Assembly (NCBI GenBank): GCA_937892215.1
Contig: CALAVE010000041.1
Span: 7,271-71,270, forward strand
DNA length: 64,000 bases
From: an uncultured Porphyromonadaceae bacterium
GTDB lineage: Bacteria; Bacteroidota; Bacteroidia; Bacteroidales; Muribaculaceae
Direction of reading: 5' to 3'
The position numbers and the translations under genes are program-made. The notes under the pieces were generated by a model. The model ran no database searches. It worked only from the letters and a program-made list of their open reading frames with translations, and was not told the DNA's origin. This document shows positions 1 through 9,780 of the stretch, in pieces; the stretch's first letter is position 1, and each line of letters begins with the position of its first letter.

Positions 1-210
1 GCTGACCGGACGGTCGAACTGTGATGAGGGGCTACCGTTCACGGCGAACTGATTGTGCCGCAGCATCGACTTGAGTTTGGTGGGCTTGTGGTCGCGTAGC
101 ACTTGAGCCACGGCGGCAAGCAATGTGCCGTCGGCCTCAATAGTGAAACGCGCTATGTTGTCGCGGTGACGGGCCACATGTATGTGATTTGATGGTTGTC
201 GCATTGTCAT
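1..210 (-). CDS. 5' part of probable RluA/RluD-family pseudouridine synthase (runs off the left edge)
   Basis: Manual translation from ATG 210: MTMRQPSN...LRDHKPTKLKSMLRHNQFAVNGSPSSQFDRPVS. This resembles the S4-like N-terminus of Bacteroidetes RluA proteins. TAATTTTG box at 249-256 on the minus strand. The catalytic domain is outside the window. Confidence 0.6.
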   Translation of the reverse strand, partial: MTMRQPSNHIHVARHRDNIARFTIEADGTLLAAVAQVLRDHKPTKLKSMLRHNQFAVNGSPSSQFDRPVS

Positions 211-300
211 TTAAATGTTATGAACCGCTTCTAAGTGCTATCTTTTCGCAAAATTACACATAATTCCGAACATAAGCCCCTGCACAAGTGAAAAAATTAT

Positions 301-308
301 TATCTTTG
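301..308 (+). promoter_or_regulatory. Bacteroidetes -7 promoter box (TATCTTTG) for aroA
   Basis: Matches TAnnTTTG, 37 nt upstream of the aroA ATG. Confidence 0.6.
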
Positions 309-345
309 TTGGAAATATAGCCGCAACACTTAAAATCTCGCACAG

Positions 346-1587
346 ATGGATTTACGCATAAGCAGAAATGGGAACATTGATTACGATGTGATGCTGCCCG
401 GCTCCAAGAGCCTGAGCAACAGAGCACTGCTCATTATGGCCCTGTGCGGCAACACCGGCATCACCGGGCTGGCCATGTGCGACGACACCGATGTCATGAC
501 GCGGGCTCTGGGTAGCGACGCGCGAGAGATTAACGTAGGAGCCGCCGGGACTGCTATGCGCTTTCTCACAGCATACTATGCGGCTCAGCCGGGGAGCACC
601 GTGGTCATCGACGGGTCGGAACGGATGCGTTGCCGCCCCGTGGCAGTCCTTGCGGACGCACTTCGCGAACTCGGCGCGCGAATTGAGTACCTTGGGAACG
701 AAGGATTTCCGCCGCTGCGCATTACCGGCACTCAGCTCACACCCAAGCACTTGCGACTTCGCGGAGACGTAAGTTCGCAATACATCTCGGCTCTTATGAT
801 GATTGCGCCGCAAATCGGCGGACTGCAGATTGAACTGACCGGCAACGTGGTGTCGCGCCCTTACATCGACATGACTGCGTCGCTGATGAATGAGATGTGC
901 GCTGATGTAACCGTCAGCGGCAACGTGATTACAATAGACGATGCGCCCTATCACTGGCACCACTACAACGTGGAAGCCGACTGGAGCGCCGCTTCCTACT
1001 GGTTTGGCATCAAGGCTCTTATGCCGCAAGCGAATTTAAGGCTTCACGGGCTGAGTGCGGTGAGTATTCAGGGCGATAGCCGGCTGCTCACCACCATGCC
1101 CGGGCTGGGGGTGAAAGGCGAGTTTATGGCCGGCGTTCTGCACCTGCACAACTGCCCGCTGTGCTCTTGCTCATCGTTCATCGATGTCACCGCCACACCC
1201 GACCTGGCTCAGACGCTGGCGGTAACCATGTGCCTGCTTGAGCGGCCGTTCCGCATGACCGGCCTCAGCACCCTGCGCATCAAGGAGACCGACCGCATCG
1301 AGGCTCTGCGCGCCGAATTGCTGAAACTCGGCTACGTCATTGAGGTGGAAGGTGATGAGGCTATAGGGTGGCACGGCCGGAAAACGTTACCGCAAGCCGT
1401 CCCTGAAATCCACACTTATAACGACCACCGAATGGCCATGTCATTCGCCCTGGCCGCCATCAGGCATCCGGGCCTCATTATCCGCGATGCGCAGGTTGTT
1501 GCCAAGTCATACCCGCAGTTCTGGCAACACATGGCCGAGGCGGGATTCAACGTAGAAACAATCAACGAAAACCAGCCAAAATTATGA
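346..1587 (+). CDS. aroA: 3-phosphoshikimate 1-carboxyvinyltransferase (EPSP synthase)
   Basis: LPGSKSLSNR, AGTAMRFL, SSQYISA, LRIKETDR, DHRMAMS and KSYPQF motifs. Confidence 0.97.
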   Translation: MDLRISRNGNIDYDVMLPGSKSLSNRALLIMALCGNTGITGLAMCDDTDVMTRALGSDAREINVGAAGTAMRFLTAYYAAQPGSTVVIDGSERMRCRPVAVLADALRELGARIEYLGNEGFPPLRITGTQLTPKHLRLRGDVSSQYISALMMIAPQIGGLQIELTGNVVSRPYIDMTASLMNEMCADVTVSGNVITIDDAPYHWHHYNVEADWSAASYWFGIKALMPQANLRLHGLSAVSIQGDSRLLTTMPGLGVKGEFMAGVLHLHNCPLCSCSSFIDVTATPDLAQTLAVTMCLLERPFRMTGLSTLRIKETDRIEALRAELLKLGYVIEVEGDEAIGWHGRKTLPQAVPEIHTYNDHRMAMSFALAAIRHPGLIIRDAQVVAKSYPQFWQHMAEAGFNVETINENQPKL

Positions 1588-1997
1588 AACCGGCACTCAT
1601 CATACTGGCCGTAACGGTTATCACCGGACTGATTCTCTATCTCAACGACCGCGCCCGGCGAAAGAACCTCCCGCCGGGAGAGGCACCCGACGATGTGGTA
1701 ATCCCCGAAGACGGATGCTCCGAAAACTGCTGCGCAGCCCATGAAGTGTGCCCCAGCGAGACGATTCTCCGCAGCGAACTACGTTGCGACGTGGTCTATT
1801 ATGATGACTATGAACTCGATGCGTTTGCAGGCAAAAAGGCCGATGAATACAGCGAGGATGAGGTGGAGCAATTCCGCGACGTGCTCTACACCATGAACCG
1901 CGACGATATGCTGGGGTGGGAACGGTCGCTCAAGCGCAGAGGCATCGTCATGCCCGCTTCCATCCACGATGAGCTGATAGCCCTCTACAACGCCTAA
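1584..1997 (+). CDS. Membrane-anchored hypothetical protein with Cys-rich segment
   Basis: N-terminal TM helix, CSENCCAAHEVC, YYDDYELDAF and EQFRDVLYTM. ATGA overlap with the aroA stop. Confidence 0.8.
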   Translation: MKPALIILAVTVITGLILYLNDRARRKNLPPGEAPDDVVIPEDGCSENCCAAHEVCPSETILRSELRCDVVYYDDYELDAFAGKKADEYSEDEVEQFRDVLYTMNRDDMLGWERSLKRRGIVMPASIHDELIALYNA

Positions 1998-2072
1998 GTT
2001 GGCTCACCGATGCAATAAAACACGGAGAAAAACGTTTTAATATAGATTTATAATATATAAACCGCACATAAG

Positions 2073-5000
2073 ATGATGCCAAGGCGCACAAGACTCATAC
2101 CCATAGCCTTAGTGATGCTCTTCGTGGTGGCTGTGTCGTGCAGCACCAAGAAGAACACCGCTGCGTCGCGCTTCTGGCAAGCGTTCAACACCCGCTACAA
2201 CGTCTATTACAACGGTGCCACCAACTATAATGAGCAGATTAAAATTCTGGAGAATGAGTATCAGGACGACTATTCTCAGCGACTGTTCATTCACCCGGCA
2301 GAGGCCTATTCTCATCCGAAATCGCCGCAACCCTCGGGCTCCTTCGACCGCACCATCGAGAAAATGCAGAAGGCCATCTCTCTGCACTCCATAAAGAAGA
2401 AACCCAAGAAAAAAGCCGGCAAAGCCAACGACCCTAAGTACCGCGAATGGCTCAAGCGCGATGAGTACAACCCGTTCATACACAACGCGTGGTATCTGAT
2501 GGCTAAGGCACAGTACATGAAGGGCGACTTCCTGAGCAGCGCCGCCACGTTCCACTACATCTACCGCCACTTCACGTGGAAACCTAAGCTGGTTCAGGAA
2601 GCACAGTTGTGGGAGGCTCTCAGCTACTGCGCTATGGGCTGGGTGACCGAAGCCGACAACGTGCTGGCACACGTCCACATCGACAAGATTGAGGACAAGC
2701 AACTTATCGCCCTCGCCAACCTGGCTTTCGCCGACTACTATATCACCGACAAGCAGACCCAGAAAGCCGTTCCCTACCTGGCCGAGGCAGTTAAGGGCGC
2801 AAAAGGTTCACAGAAAGTGAGGCTAAACTTCCTTCTGGGGCAGCTCTATGAGGAAATAGGGCAAAAAGACCAGGCATACCTTGCATATAAACGCGCCGGC
2901 AGCAGCAACAGTAGCTCCTACCGCACAAACGTCAACGCGCGCATCAAGCAGAGCGCAGTATTCAGCGGGACCAACATTGACAGCGAGGTGCGCTCGCTAA
3001 GGAACATGACCCGTTACGACCGAAACAAGGAGTATCTCGACCAGATTTACTACGCTATTGGTAACCTTTATCTTAGCCGAGCCGATACCACTAAAGCAGT
3101 GGAGAATTACGTGCTGGCAGCCGAAAAAAGCACACGTAACGGTATTGACAAGGCCGTCAGTCAACTCACTCTCGGTGGGATTTACTTCGCTCAGCACAAG
3201 TACGACAAGGCTCAACCCTGCTACTCCGAAGCCATTCCGCTCATCTCTGAGGATTACCCTAACTACAAGATGCTGAAACACCGCAGCGACGTGCTCGACG
3301 AACTGGCTGTGTATGCACAGAACGTGACGCTGCAGGACTCGCTGCTCAGGTTGTCGCGCATGACCCCCGAAGAGCAGAAAGCCGTTATCAAGAAAATAAT
3401 CGACGAACTGAAAAAGAAGGAAAAAGAGGAAGCCGAGAACGCGCAGCGCGAGGAATATCTCGCCCAGCAGGCCGCCAAGGGCAACAACCTAACCAACAAT
3501 AACGCGCCGCAGACCTTCCAAATCAACAACGACAACTCCTGGTACTTCTACAACACCGCCACCAAAAACGCCGGTAAAACCGCATTCCAGCAACTTTGGG
3601 GTAACCGAAAGCTGGAAGACGACTGGCGCCGGCGAAACAAGAACACTTTCTCGTTCGACGACGAGAACGACGAATCCGGCGACTCTCTTTCAACGCAACT
3701 CGACAGTCTGGGCATGGCCAACGACTCCACCGCCGTGGATAAAGAAGCCCTCAAGCGAAGCGAGGACCCGCATTACGAAGAATACTATCTGAAACAGATT
3801 CCGTCAACGCCCGAGCAGATTCAGACGTCGCATGAGGTGATTCAGGAAGGCTTGTTCAACATGGGAATCATCCTCAAGGACAAACTGGAGGACTACCTCT
3901 CGGCCGAGAATGAGTTTAACCGCTTGCTCACCGACTACCCCGACAACATCTACCGCCTGGATGCGTACTACAACATGTACCTGATGTATATGCGAAACAA
4001 CGAGATTGTTAAGGCGGAACAGTGCCGACAACTCATTCTCACGGACTTCGCCGACTCCAAGTATGGCATGGCTCTGCAAGACCCGCAATACCTCGACAAT
4101 CTCAAGCGAATGGACGCTGAGCAGGAAAGGCTCTACGGCATCGCATACAACGCATATCTCGACAACGACAACGCCACCGTGCATGAGTCGTATGCCGAAA
4201 TGATGAGGCGATACCCGCTCTCTAAGATTATGCCCAAGTTCATGTTTATCGACGCGCTGAGTTACGTCACCGAAAAGAACCCCGCCAAGTTCAAGGAGGT
4301 GCTTAAGGAGATGCTGGAACGATACCCTGACACCGACATCACACCCACGGCATCGTCGATGGTGAAGAGCATAAACGCCGGACGCAAACTCGGTGGAAGC
4401 ACGTCGAACGTTCGTGGTATGTTGTGGTCCACTCGTCTGGGTAAAGACTCTCTGCCACAAGACATTGAACGTCAGTTCACACCATTTACAGAGGAACTCG
4501 ACAAACCGCAACTCTTCATACTTGTGTTCTCCACCGACTCAGTAAGTTCCAACAAGGTGCTCTACGAAGTCGCTAAGCATAACTTCAACACGTTCGTGGT
4601 CAAGGACTTCGACATGGAGCAGATGACTTTCGGAAGCATGGGACTGCTCATTGTCAAGGGATTTGAGAATTACGACGAACTGCTGCACTACCGAACCGTT
4701 TGGGAACAAGACCAGGAACTCGACCTGCCATCTCTGGTTCATCCGGTCCTGATTAGTGAAAGCAACTTCAACCTCCTGCTCAACGAGGGACGCAGCTTTG
4801 AAGAATACTTCCGCTACCTCGATGAGCTCAACTCCGACAAGGTGGAGGAGCAGATTCCCGAAGAAGCCACCGATGATGCCTCTACCGATGATGAAGGCGA
4901 CAAGAAACCGGCCAAGTCGGTCAAGGGCAAGAAGAGCGACAAGAAGTCCAAGAAAGACTCTAAGAAACAAGATGAGCTCAAGAAGGGAACCGAGCCTGAT

Positions 5001-5804
5001 GAAACAAAGGCCGTGAAACAGGATTCTGTGGCCAATGACAAGAAAGCCGCCATTGCGCCAGCCGACACCGTTCAGCAAGTGAATCAGCAGCCGACTAAGC
5101 AGCAAGCCGTTGCCACCGATTCAACTGCCATAAGCGACATTAATCCTCGTGTCCCCATTCCGGCAGAATCTCTCACGCCGCCAACACCGATGCAGACCGA
5201 CGTTAAGAACGAGCCTGAGCCAAAAGCGACCACTGAGCAGACTTCCGAGAAGAAAGACGAGAAATCCGACGTCAAGCGCCTCAAAAAGCAGAAGTCAGAA
5301 GAAGACAAGCAGGCTGAGCGTGAGCGCAAGGCTCAGCAAGAGGCCGAAAAAGACCGCATCAAGGCCGAGAAGGAACACGCCAAGGCCATGAAGGAAGAAG
5401 AAAAGGCTCTCAAGAAAGAGCAGGAACGCCTGCGCAAGCAGCACGACGACTCCATCAAGCGAGTGGAGAAGGAGCGCGAACAGGCTATCAAGGACGCTGC
5501 CAAGGCTCGCGAAGACTCCATCAAGAACGTGGCCAAGATGAAGGAGCAGGAGCGTAAGCAGAAGATTAAGGATAAAGAGAACCTGCGCAAGCAGAAAGAA
5601 GCCGAGCGCAAGCAGAAAGCCAAGGAAAAGGAACAGTTGCGCAAGGAGAAAGAGAAAGAGCGCAAACAGCGCCAAAAAGAGCGCGAAGCAAAGAAAAAAG
5701 AAGAACGAAAACAGAAAGAGGCCGAACGCAAACAACGCGAAGCCGAACGCAAACAGAAGCAAAAGGAACGCGAAGCTCAGCGGAAAGCCGAGAAAAACAA
5801 ATAA
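2073..5804 (+). CDS. sprE: T9SS periplasmic TPR lipoprotein SprE/PorW with long charged C-terminal extension
   Basis: Lipobox VAVSC; FNTRYNVYYNG, WYFYN and WGNRKLEDDWRR motifs typical of SprE/PorW; TPR-like helices; adjacent to porX. Confidence 0.88.
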   Translation: MMPRRTRLIPIALVMLFVVAVSCSTKKNTAASRFWQAFNTRYNVYYNGATNYNEQIKILENEYQDDYSQRLFIHPAEAYSHPKSPQPSGSFDRTIEKMQKAISLHSIKKKPKKKAGKANDPKYREWLKRDEYNPFIHNAWYLMAKAQYMKGDFLSSAATFHYIYRHFTWKPKLVQEAQLWEALSYCAMGWVTEADNVLAHVHIDKIEDKQLIALANLAFADYYITDKQTQKAVPYLAEAVKGAKGSQKVRLNFLLGQLYEEIGQKDQAYLAYKRAGSSNSSSYRTNVNARIKQSAVFSGTNIDSEVRSLRNMTRYDRNKEYLDQIYYAIGNLYLSRADTTKAVENYVLAAEKSTRNGIDKAVSQLTLGGIYFAQHKYDKAQPCYSEAIPLISEDYPNYKMLKHRSDVLDELAVYAQNVTLQDSLLRLSRMTPEEQKAVIKKIIDELKKKEKEEAENAQREEYLAQQAAKGNNLTNNNAPQTFQINNDNSWYFYNTATKNAGKTAFQQLWGNRKLEDDWRRRNKNTFSFDDENDESGDSLSTQLDSLGMANDSTAVDKEALKRSEDPHYEEYYLKQIPSTPEQIQTSHEVIQEGLFNMGIILKDKLEDYLSAENEFNRLLTDYPDNIYRLDAYYNMYLMYMRNNEIVKAEQCRQLILTDFADSKYGMALQDPQYLDNLKRMDAEQERLYGIAYNAYLDNDNATVHESYAEMMRRYPLSKIMPKFMFIDALSYVTEKNPAKFKEVLKEMLERYPDTDITPTASSMVKSINAGRKLGGSTSNVRGMLWSTRLGKDSLPQDIERQFTPFTEELDKPQLFILVFSTDSVSSNKVLYEVAKHNFNTFVVKDFDMEQMTFGSMGLLIVKGFENYDELLHYRTVWEQDQELDLPSLVHPVLISESNFNLLLNEGRSFEEYFRYLDELNSDKVEEQIPEEATDDASTDDEGDKKPAKSVKGKKSDKKSKKDSKKQDELKKGTEPDETKAVKQDSVANDKKAAIAPADTVQQVNQQPTKQQAVATDSTAISDINPRVPIPAESLTPPTPMQTDVKNEPEPKATTEQTSEKKDEKSDVKRLKKQKSEEDKQAERERKAQQEAEKDRIKAEKEHAKAMKEEEKALKKEQERLRKQHDDSIKRVEKEREQAIKDAAKAREDSIKNVAKMKEQERKQKIKDKENLRKQKEAERKQKAKEKEQLRKEKEKERKQRQKEREAKKKEERKQKEAERKQREAERKQKQKEREAQRKAEKNK

Positions 5805-5810
5805 CGTAAC

Positions 5811-7361
5811 ATGGCACAAGAAACTATACTCTGGGCTGACGACGAGATAGACCTGCTCAAACCGCACGTTCTATTCCTTGAGAACAAGGGATTCGGGGTG
5901 GTCACCGTCACCAACGGACGCGACGCCCTCGATGCAATAGCGGCACAAAGCTTCAGCCTGATAATACTGGACGAGAACATGCCTGGCATCTCAGGCCTGG
6001 AAACTTTGTCGCAGATTAAGATAATGCAACCCAACGTCCCGGTGATAATGATTACCAAGAGCGAGGAGGAAAACATCATGAATCAGGCCATCGGAAGCGA
6101 AATAGCCGATTACCTGATTAAGCCCGTGAACCCCAATCAGATTCTGCTGTCAATCAAGAAAAACCTGCATAGTGGGGCACTGGTGAAGAAAAAAGCCACA
6201 AGCGACTATCAACAGGAATTCATGAACATCAGCCTGATGATTAATTCCGCTCGTGACATCAACGACTGGTATGAGGTTTACAACACGCTCGTCCGATGGG
6301 AACTGCTACTCTCCAGCGCCGAGACCGATATGGACGAGATGCTACGCATGCAAAAACAGGAAGCCAACAGTGCCTTCTGCAAGTTTGTGAAACGGAACTA
6401 CGAGAAGTGGATTTCCACCCCTAACCACCCGCTGCGCAGCGAAGAAATCTTCAAGAGTGCGGTTTTCCCTCTGCTCGACAAGGGGGAAAAGGTTTTCTTC
6501 ATAGTAATAGACAACTTCAGGCTGGACCAGTGGAAGACCATCAGCCCGCTCCTGAGCGACTATTTCAACATCGAATCCGAGGAACTCTACACCGCCATCC
6601 TTCCCACGGCCACTCAATACGCGCGCAATGCCATCTTCTCAGGACTTAAGCCCATCGACATTGAGCGAATGTTCCCCGATTTGTGGGTCGATGAGGATGA
6701 GGAGTCGGGCAAGAACATCAACGAGGCTCCGCTCATCAAGACGCTCTTAGATCGCTATCGCCGCAAAGAGCGCTTCTCTTACAACAAGATGAACGATGCC
6801 TATGCCGGAGATAAACTTATCCAGCGCTTCTCCGACCTCGACGGGTACGACCTCAACGTGCTTGTGCTCAACTTCGTGGACATCCTTTCGCACGCAAGGA
6901 CCGAGTCAAAGATGATTCGCGAACTGGCCAACACCGACAACGCCTACCGCTCGCTCACCGAGTCCTGGTTCAGGAACTCCTATGCCATAGAGATTTTCAA
7001 ACTCATTGCCGCTAAGGGATGGAAAGTGGTTCTCACCACCGACCACGGTACCACACGCGTGGACAACCCCATAAAGGTGGTAGGCGATAAGAATACGAAC
7101 ACCAATCTCCGTTACAAAGTGGGTAAGAACCTGAGTTACAACCCTAAGCAAGTGTTTGAAATCAAGAATCCGCAGCATTATGGCTTGCCCACGCCCAACG
7201 TTTCTTCCACCTACATCTTCACAACAGGGCGCGATTTCTTCGCTTATCCCAACAACTACAACTACTACGTGCAGTACTACAGCGACACATTCCAGCACGG
7301 AGGAATCTCCATGGAGGAAATGCTGGTACCGCTCGTGGTGCTAAGCAGTAAGCAGCAATAG
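5811..7361 (+). CDS. porX: T9SS response regulator PorX (receiver + PglZ/alkaline-phosphatase-like domain)
   Basis: ILWADDEIDLLKPH and LDENMPG receiver; IDNFRLDQW, LPTATQYARNAIF, TTDHG and FQHGGIS. Confidence 0.95.
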   Translation: MAQETILWADDEIDLLKPHVLFLENKGFGVVTVTNGRDALDAIAAQSFSLIILDENMPGISGLETLSQIKIMQPNVPVIMITKSEEENIMNQAIGSEIADYLIKPVNPNQILLSIKKNLHSGALVKKKATSDYQQEFMNISLMINSARDINDWYEVYNTLVRWELLLSSAETDMDEMLRMQKQEANSAFCKFVKRNYEKWISTPNHPLRSEEIFKSAVFPLLDKGEKVFFIVIDNFRLDQWKTISPLLSDYFNIESEELYTAILPTATQYARNAIFSGLKPIDIERMFPDLWVDEDEESGKNINEAPLIKTLLDRYRRKERFSYNKMNDAYAGDKLIQRFSDLDGYDLNVLVLNFVDILSHARTESKMIRELANTDNAYRSLTESWFRNSYAIEIFKLIAAKGWKVVLTTDHGTTRVDNPIKVVGDKNTNTNLRYKVGKNLSYNPKQVFEIKNPQHYGLPTPNVSSTYIFTTGRDFFAYPNNYNYYVQYYSDTFQHGGISMEEMLVPLVVLSSKQQ

Positions 7362-7414
7362 GAAAAGCACCCGGCTAACAACAACATCACAAAAACAAAT
7401 AAACATCTCTGACA

Positions 7415-8410
7415 ATGGCAAGTAACAGACATATTTTAGCACTTTGCGCCACATTTTGCGCTTTCACCCTTTCGGCCGTCACCCCTGTGGCTCCGGCTTT
7501 TCTGAAACCCGGCGACAAGATTGCCGTCCTGTCACCATCCAGCACTCCCGGGAAAAATGTGCCCGGTGACGGTGCCGAGGTCCTGAGACAGTGGGGATTT
7601 GTCCCTGTCTTGGGTGAGCATGTGCTATCGGAGTACCGTTCATTCGCCGGCACACACCTGCAGCGGTACGACGACCTGATGAAGGCACTGCGCGACCCTG
7701 AAATAAAGGCTATTATGTGTTCACGCGGCGGTTATGGCGCGGCCAATGTGCTTGCTCTGATGCACCCCGACACGCTCAAGCGCTATCCTAAGTGGATTAT
7801 CGGCTACAGCGACATCACCGGATACCTCAGTGCCGAGGTTTGCGCCGGAAATATGGGCATCCATGCCAATATGTGCGGCCGTCTTGCCAAGACTCAGGGA
7901 ACCGACGACGCGAGCCTGATTCTGCGCGATATGCTCATGGGCATTATGCCTCACTACAATTTCCCCGCACACGAGCTAAACCGCACAGGCAAGGCCTCCG
8001 GCATTCTCATTGGGGGAAACATGTCGGTCTATGGTGACCTGGCCGGTTCTCCGTTCGACTTCCTTAACGACGACATCCTGGCCGAGAACGACGTGATTCT
8101 CTTCATTGAGGACGTGGGAGAGAACTTCGCCAAACTGGACCGCATGTTCCAGTACTTGGTCCTCAGAGGAGTGCTGAGCAAGGTTAAGGCTCTGATAGTA
8201 GGCCGATTCGCCGACTGTCCTCCTTCGCGTGGCTACAAAGACGTGTTTGAGATGATTCAAGACTACACCAAACCCTACAATATTCCCATTTGCTACGATT
8301 TCCCCACCGGTCACGACGAGGACCACAACTATCCGCTTATCGAGGGTTGTAAGGTGGACCTTAATATTACCGACGAGGGCGTGACTATGGATTTCTTCCC
8401 CGAGCATTAA
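7415..8410 (+). CDS. LD-carboxypeptidase (S66 family), with signal peptide
   Basis: SRGGYGA, GYSDIT (Ser), FIEDV (Glu), PTGHD (His) and GGNMSV. Confidence 0.92.
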   Translation: MASNRHILALCATFCAFTLSAVTPVAPAFLKPGDKIAVLSPSSTPGKNVPGDGAEVLRQWGFVPVLGEHVLSEYRSFAGTHLQRYDDLMKALRDPEIKAIMCSRGGYGAANVLALMHPDTLKRYPKWIIGYSDITGYLSAEVCAGNMGIHANMCGRLAKTQGTDDASLILRDMLMGIMPHYNFPAHELNRTGKASGILIGGNMSVYGDLAGSPFDFLNDDILAENDVILFIEDVGENFAKLDRMFQYLVLRGVLSKVKALIVGRFADCPPSRGYKDVFEMIQDYTKPYNIPICYDFPTGHDEDHNYPLIEGCKVDLNITDEGVTMDFFPEH

Positions 8411-8472
8411 TAATTCTTACGGAAAACAGTTTTTGAAAATAGTAACCCGGATAGGTGCGATGCCTATTCGGG

Positions 8473-9663
8473 TTATTTCTTGCGGGAGCGTGTGGGATAG
8501 AAAATGTCGTCGTTATCTGCGCTTTGCTGGTTGCGGCGCGTGGTGGTAGTGTTCTGGAAGGCCTTGCTCACTCTGGCCTCCTTCTCGCGCTTGCGAGCCT
8601 GCTCCAGACTGTCTTTTCGCGCTTTCTCGGCTTGTTCCTTAGCCTCTTTCTCTTGCTGCTTGCGCAGTTTTTCCTGGCGCTTAGCCTCCTCTTTCATCTG
8701 CTTCTCCAGTTCAGCCTGCTTCTTAGCCTCTTCCTTCGCGCGCTTTTTCTCTTCTTCACGAAGCCGTTTTTCAGCCTCTTCCTGACGCTTTTTCTGCTCT
8801 TCCCAAGCCTTCCGCTCTTGCTTAGTCATCTTACTCGGGTCGGTTACCGGAGCAGGAACGGGCATCGCTTCCACCGGTTTTTTCTCAGGTGGTGGCGGAA
8901 CTTCTGTCTTTTCCTGCTCTTTCTTCTTGCGCTCAGGAATACCGTTCGACTTATTCTTCGACATCAGAATGTCGTCCATTCCGCAGCCCTTGTTGAACCG
9001 GCACAAATCCACGTCGGCGTCAATTCCCTTTATGCGGCCACAGTCGCTGAACTGCCACAATATCCATTTCACACCGCCTGTGAGACGAGGCTCACTCTTG
9101 GCATAGCGGGCTATGAACAGCGGATAGTCGGAGAACCGGCCGGCCAGATGCTTGTTGAAGAACGAACTACTGGTGTAGATTAGCGGACGACAACCGTAGT
9201 ACTGCTCTATCAGGTCGGCAAACAACTGGACGCTATCGCACAGTTGCTCGCTGGTCCAGCCACGCATAGTTTCCACGTCCAGCAATGGAATCAGGTCCTG
9301 TTCGCCCTTTTTCACAGAGCGGGTGAAGTTGGCGAACTGGTCCCGGATACGCGATGTGGTGCGCAGAAAGTGGTAACTACCCACCTTCACGCCCTGCTTC
9401 CGCGCATTATCAATGTTTATGCGGTAGTGCCGCGAGGTGTGCGTAGCCCCTTCTGTGGCCTTCACATACACGAATTTAATGTTCTTGTCCTTCGCTGTAG
9501 TGGTCCAGTCTATGTCTTTTTGGTAGCTGGAAACGTCAATTCCGTCGTAGGTGATGCTCTGGGTTGCCGAGTCGGTGTTCACCACTTGCCCCTTCTGCCC
9601 GTAAGCGGTGGCTCCAATGGTAATTATGGCTACCGCCAGCAATATGTGTCTCAGAGTTATCAC
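8473..9663 (-). CDS. GH25 lysozyme/muramidase with long Lys/Glu-rich C-terminal tail
   Basis: Signal peptide; DGIDVSSYQ, KATEG, GSYHF, PLLDVE, WILWQFS and DVDL; TAACTTTG box at 9696-9703 (-). Confidence 0.9.
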   Translation of the reverse strand: MITLRHILLAVAIITIGATAYGQKGQVVNTDSATQSITYDGIDVSSYQKDIDWTTTAKDKNIKFVYVKATEGATHTSRHYRINIDNARKQGVKVGSYHFLRTTSRIRDQFANFTRSVKKGEQDLIPLLDVETMRGWTSEQLCDSVQLFADLIEQYYGCRPLIYTSSSFFNKHLAGRFSDYPLFIARYAKSEPRLTGGVKWILWQFSDCGRIKGIDADVDLCRFNKGCGMDDILMSKNKSNGIPERKKKEQEKTEVPPPPEKKPVEAMPVPAPVTDPSKMTKQERKAWEEQKKRQEEAEKRLREEEKKRAKEEAKKQAELEKQMKEEAKRQEKLRKQQEKEAKEQAEKARKDSLEQARKREKEARVSKAFQNTTTTRRNQQSADNDDIFYPTRSRKK

Positions 9664-9780
9664 TTCTTGATGAGTTTTGTAGCGCTATAGATGTGCAAAG
9701 TTAATGAATAAAGTTGAAATAGTAGCTCAGTGAAGCTTAAAGTTTACGAATTTAGGCTTTTTTTCGCTTATCTTGGGTCA

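Noticed and set aside
5560..5800. Short repeated DNA units, considered as a CRISPR or tandem array (also 50080-50112 and the LRR gene)
   Set aside because: They are coding repeats (EAERKQ, PE, LRR) without a constant repeat-spacer structure
5811..7361. PglZ domain as evidence of a BREX system
   Set aside because: The receiver-PglZ fusion is PorX, and no other brx genes are present
8455..9183. Very hydrophobic 242-aa ORF (also 5295-5867)
   Set aside because: Leu/Phe richness is the reverse complement of K/E-rich tails, not a membrane protein
8473..9663. GH25 as a prophage endolysin
   Set aside because: Has a signal peptide and host promoter, with no holin or phage genes nearby
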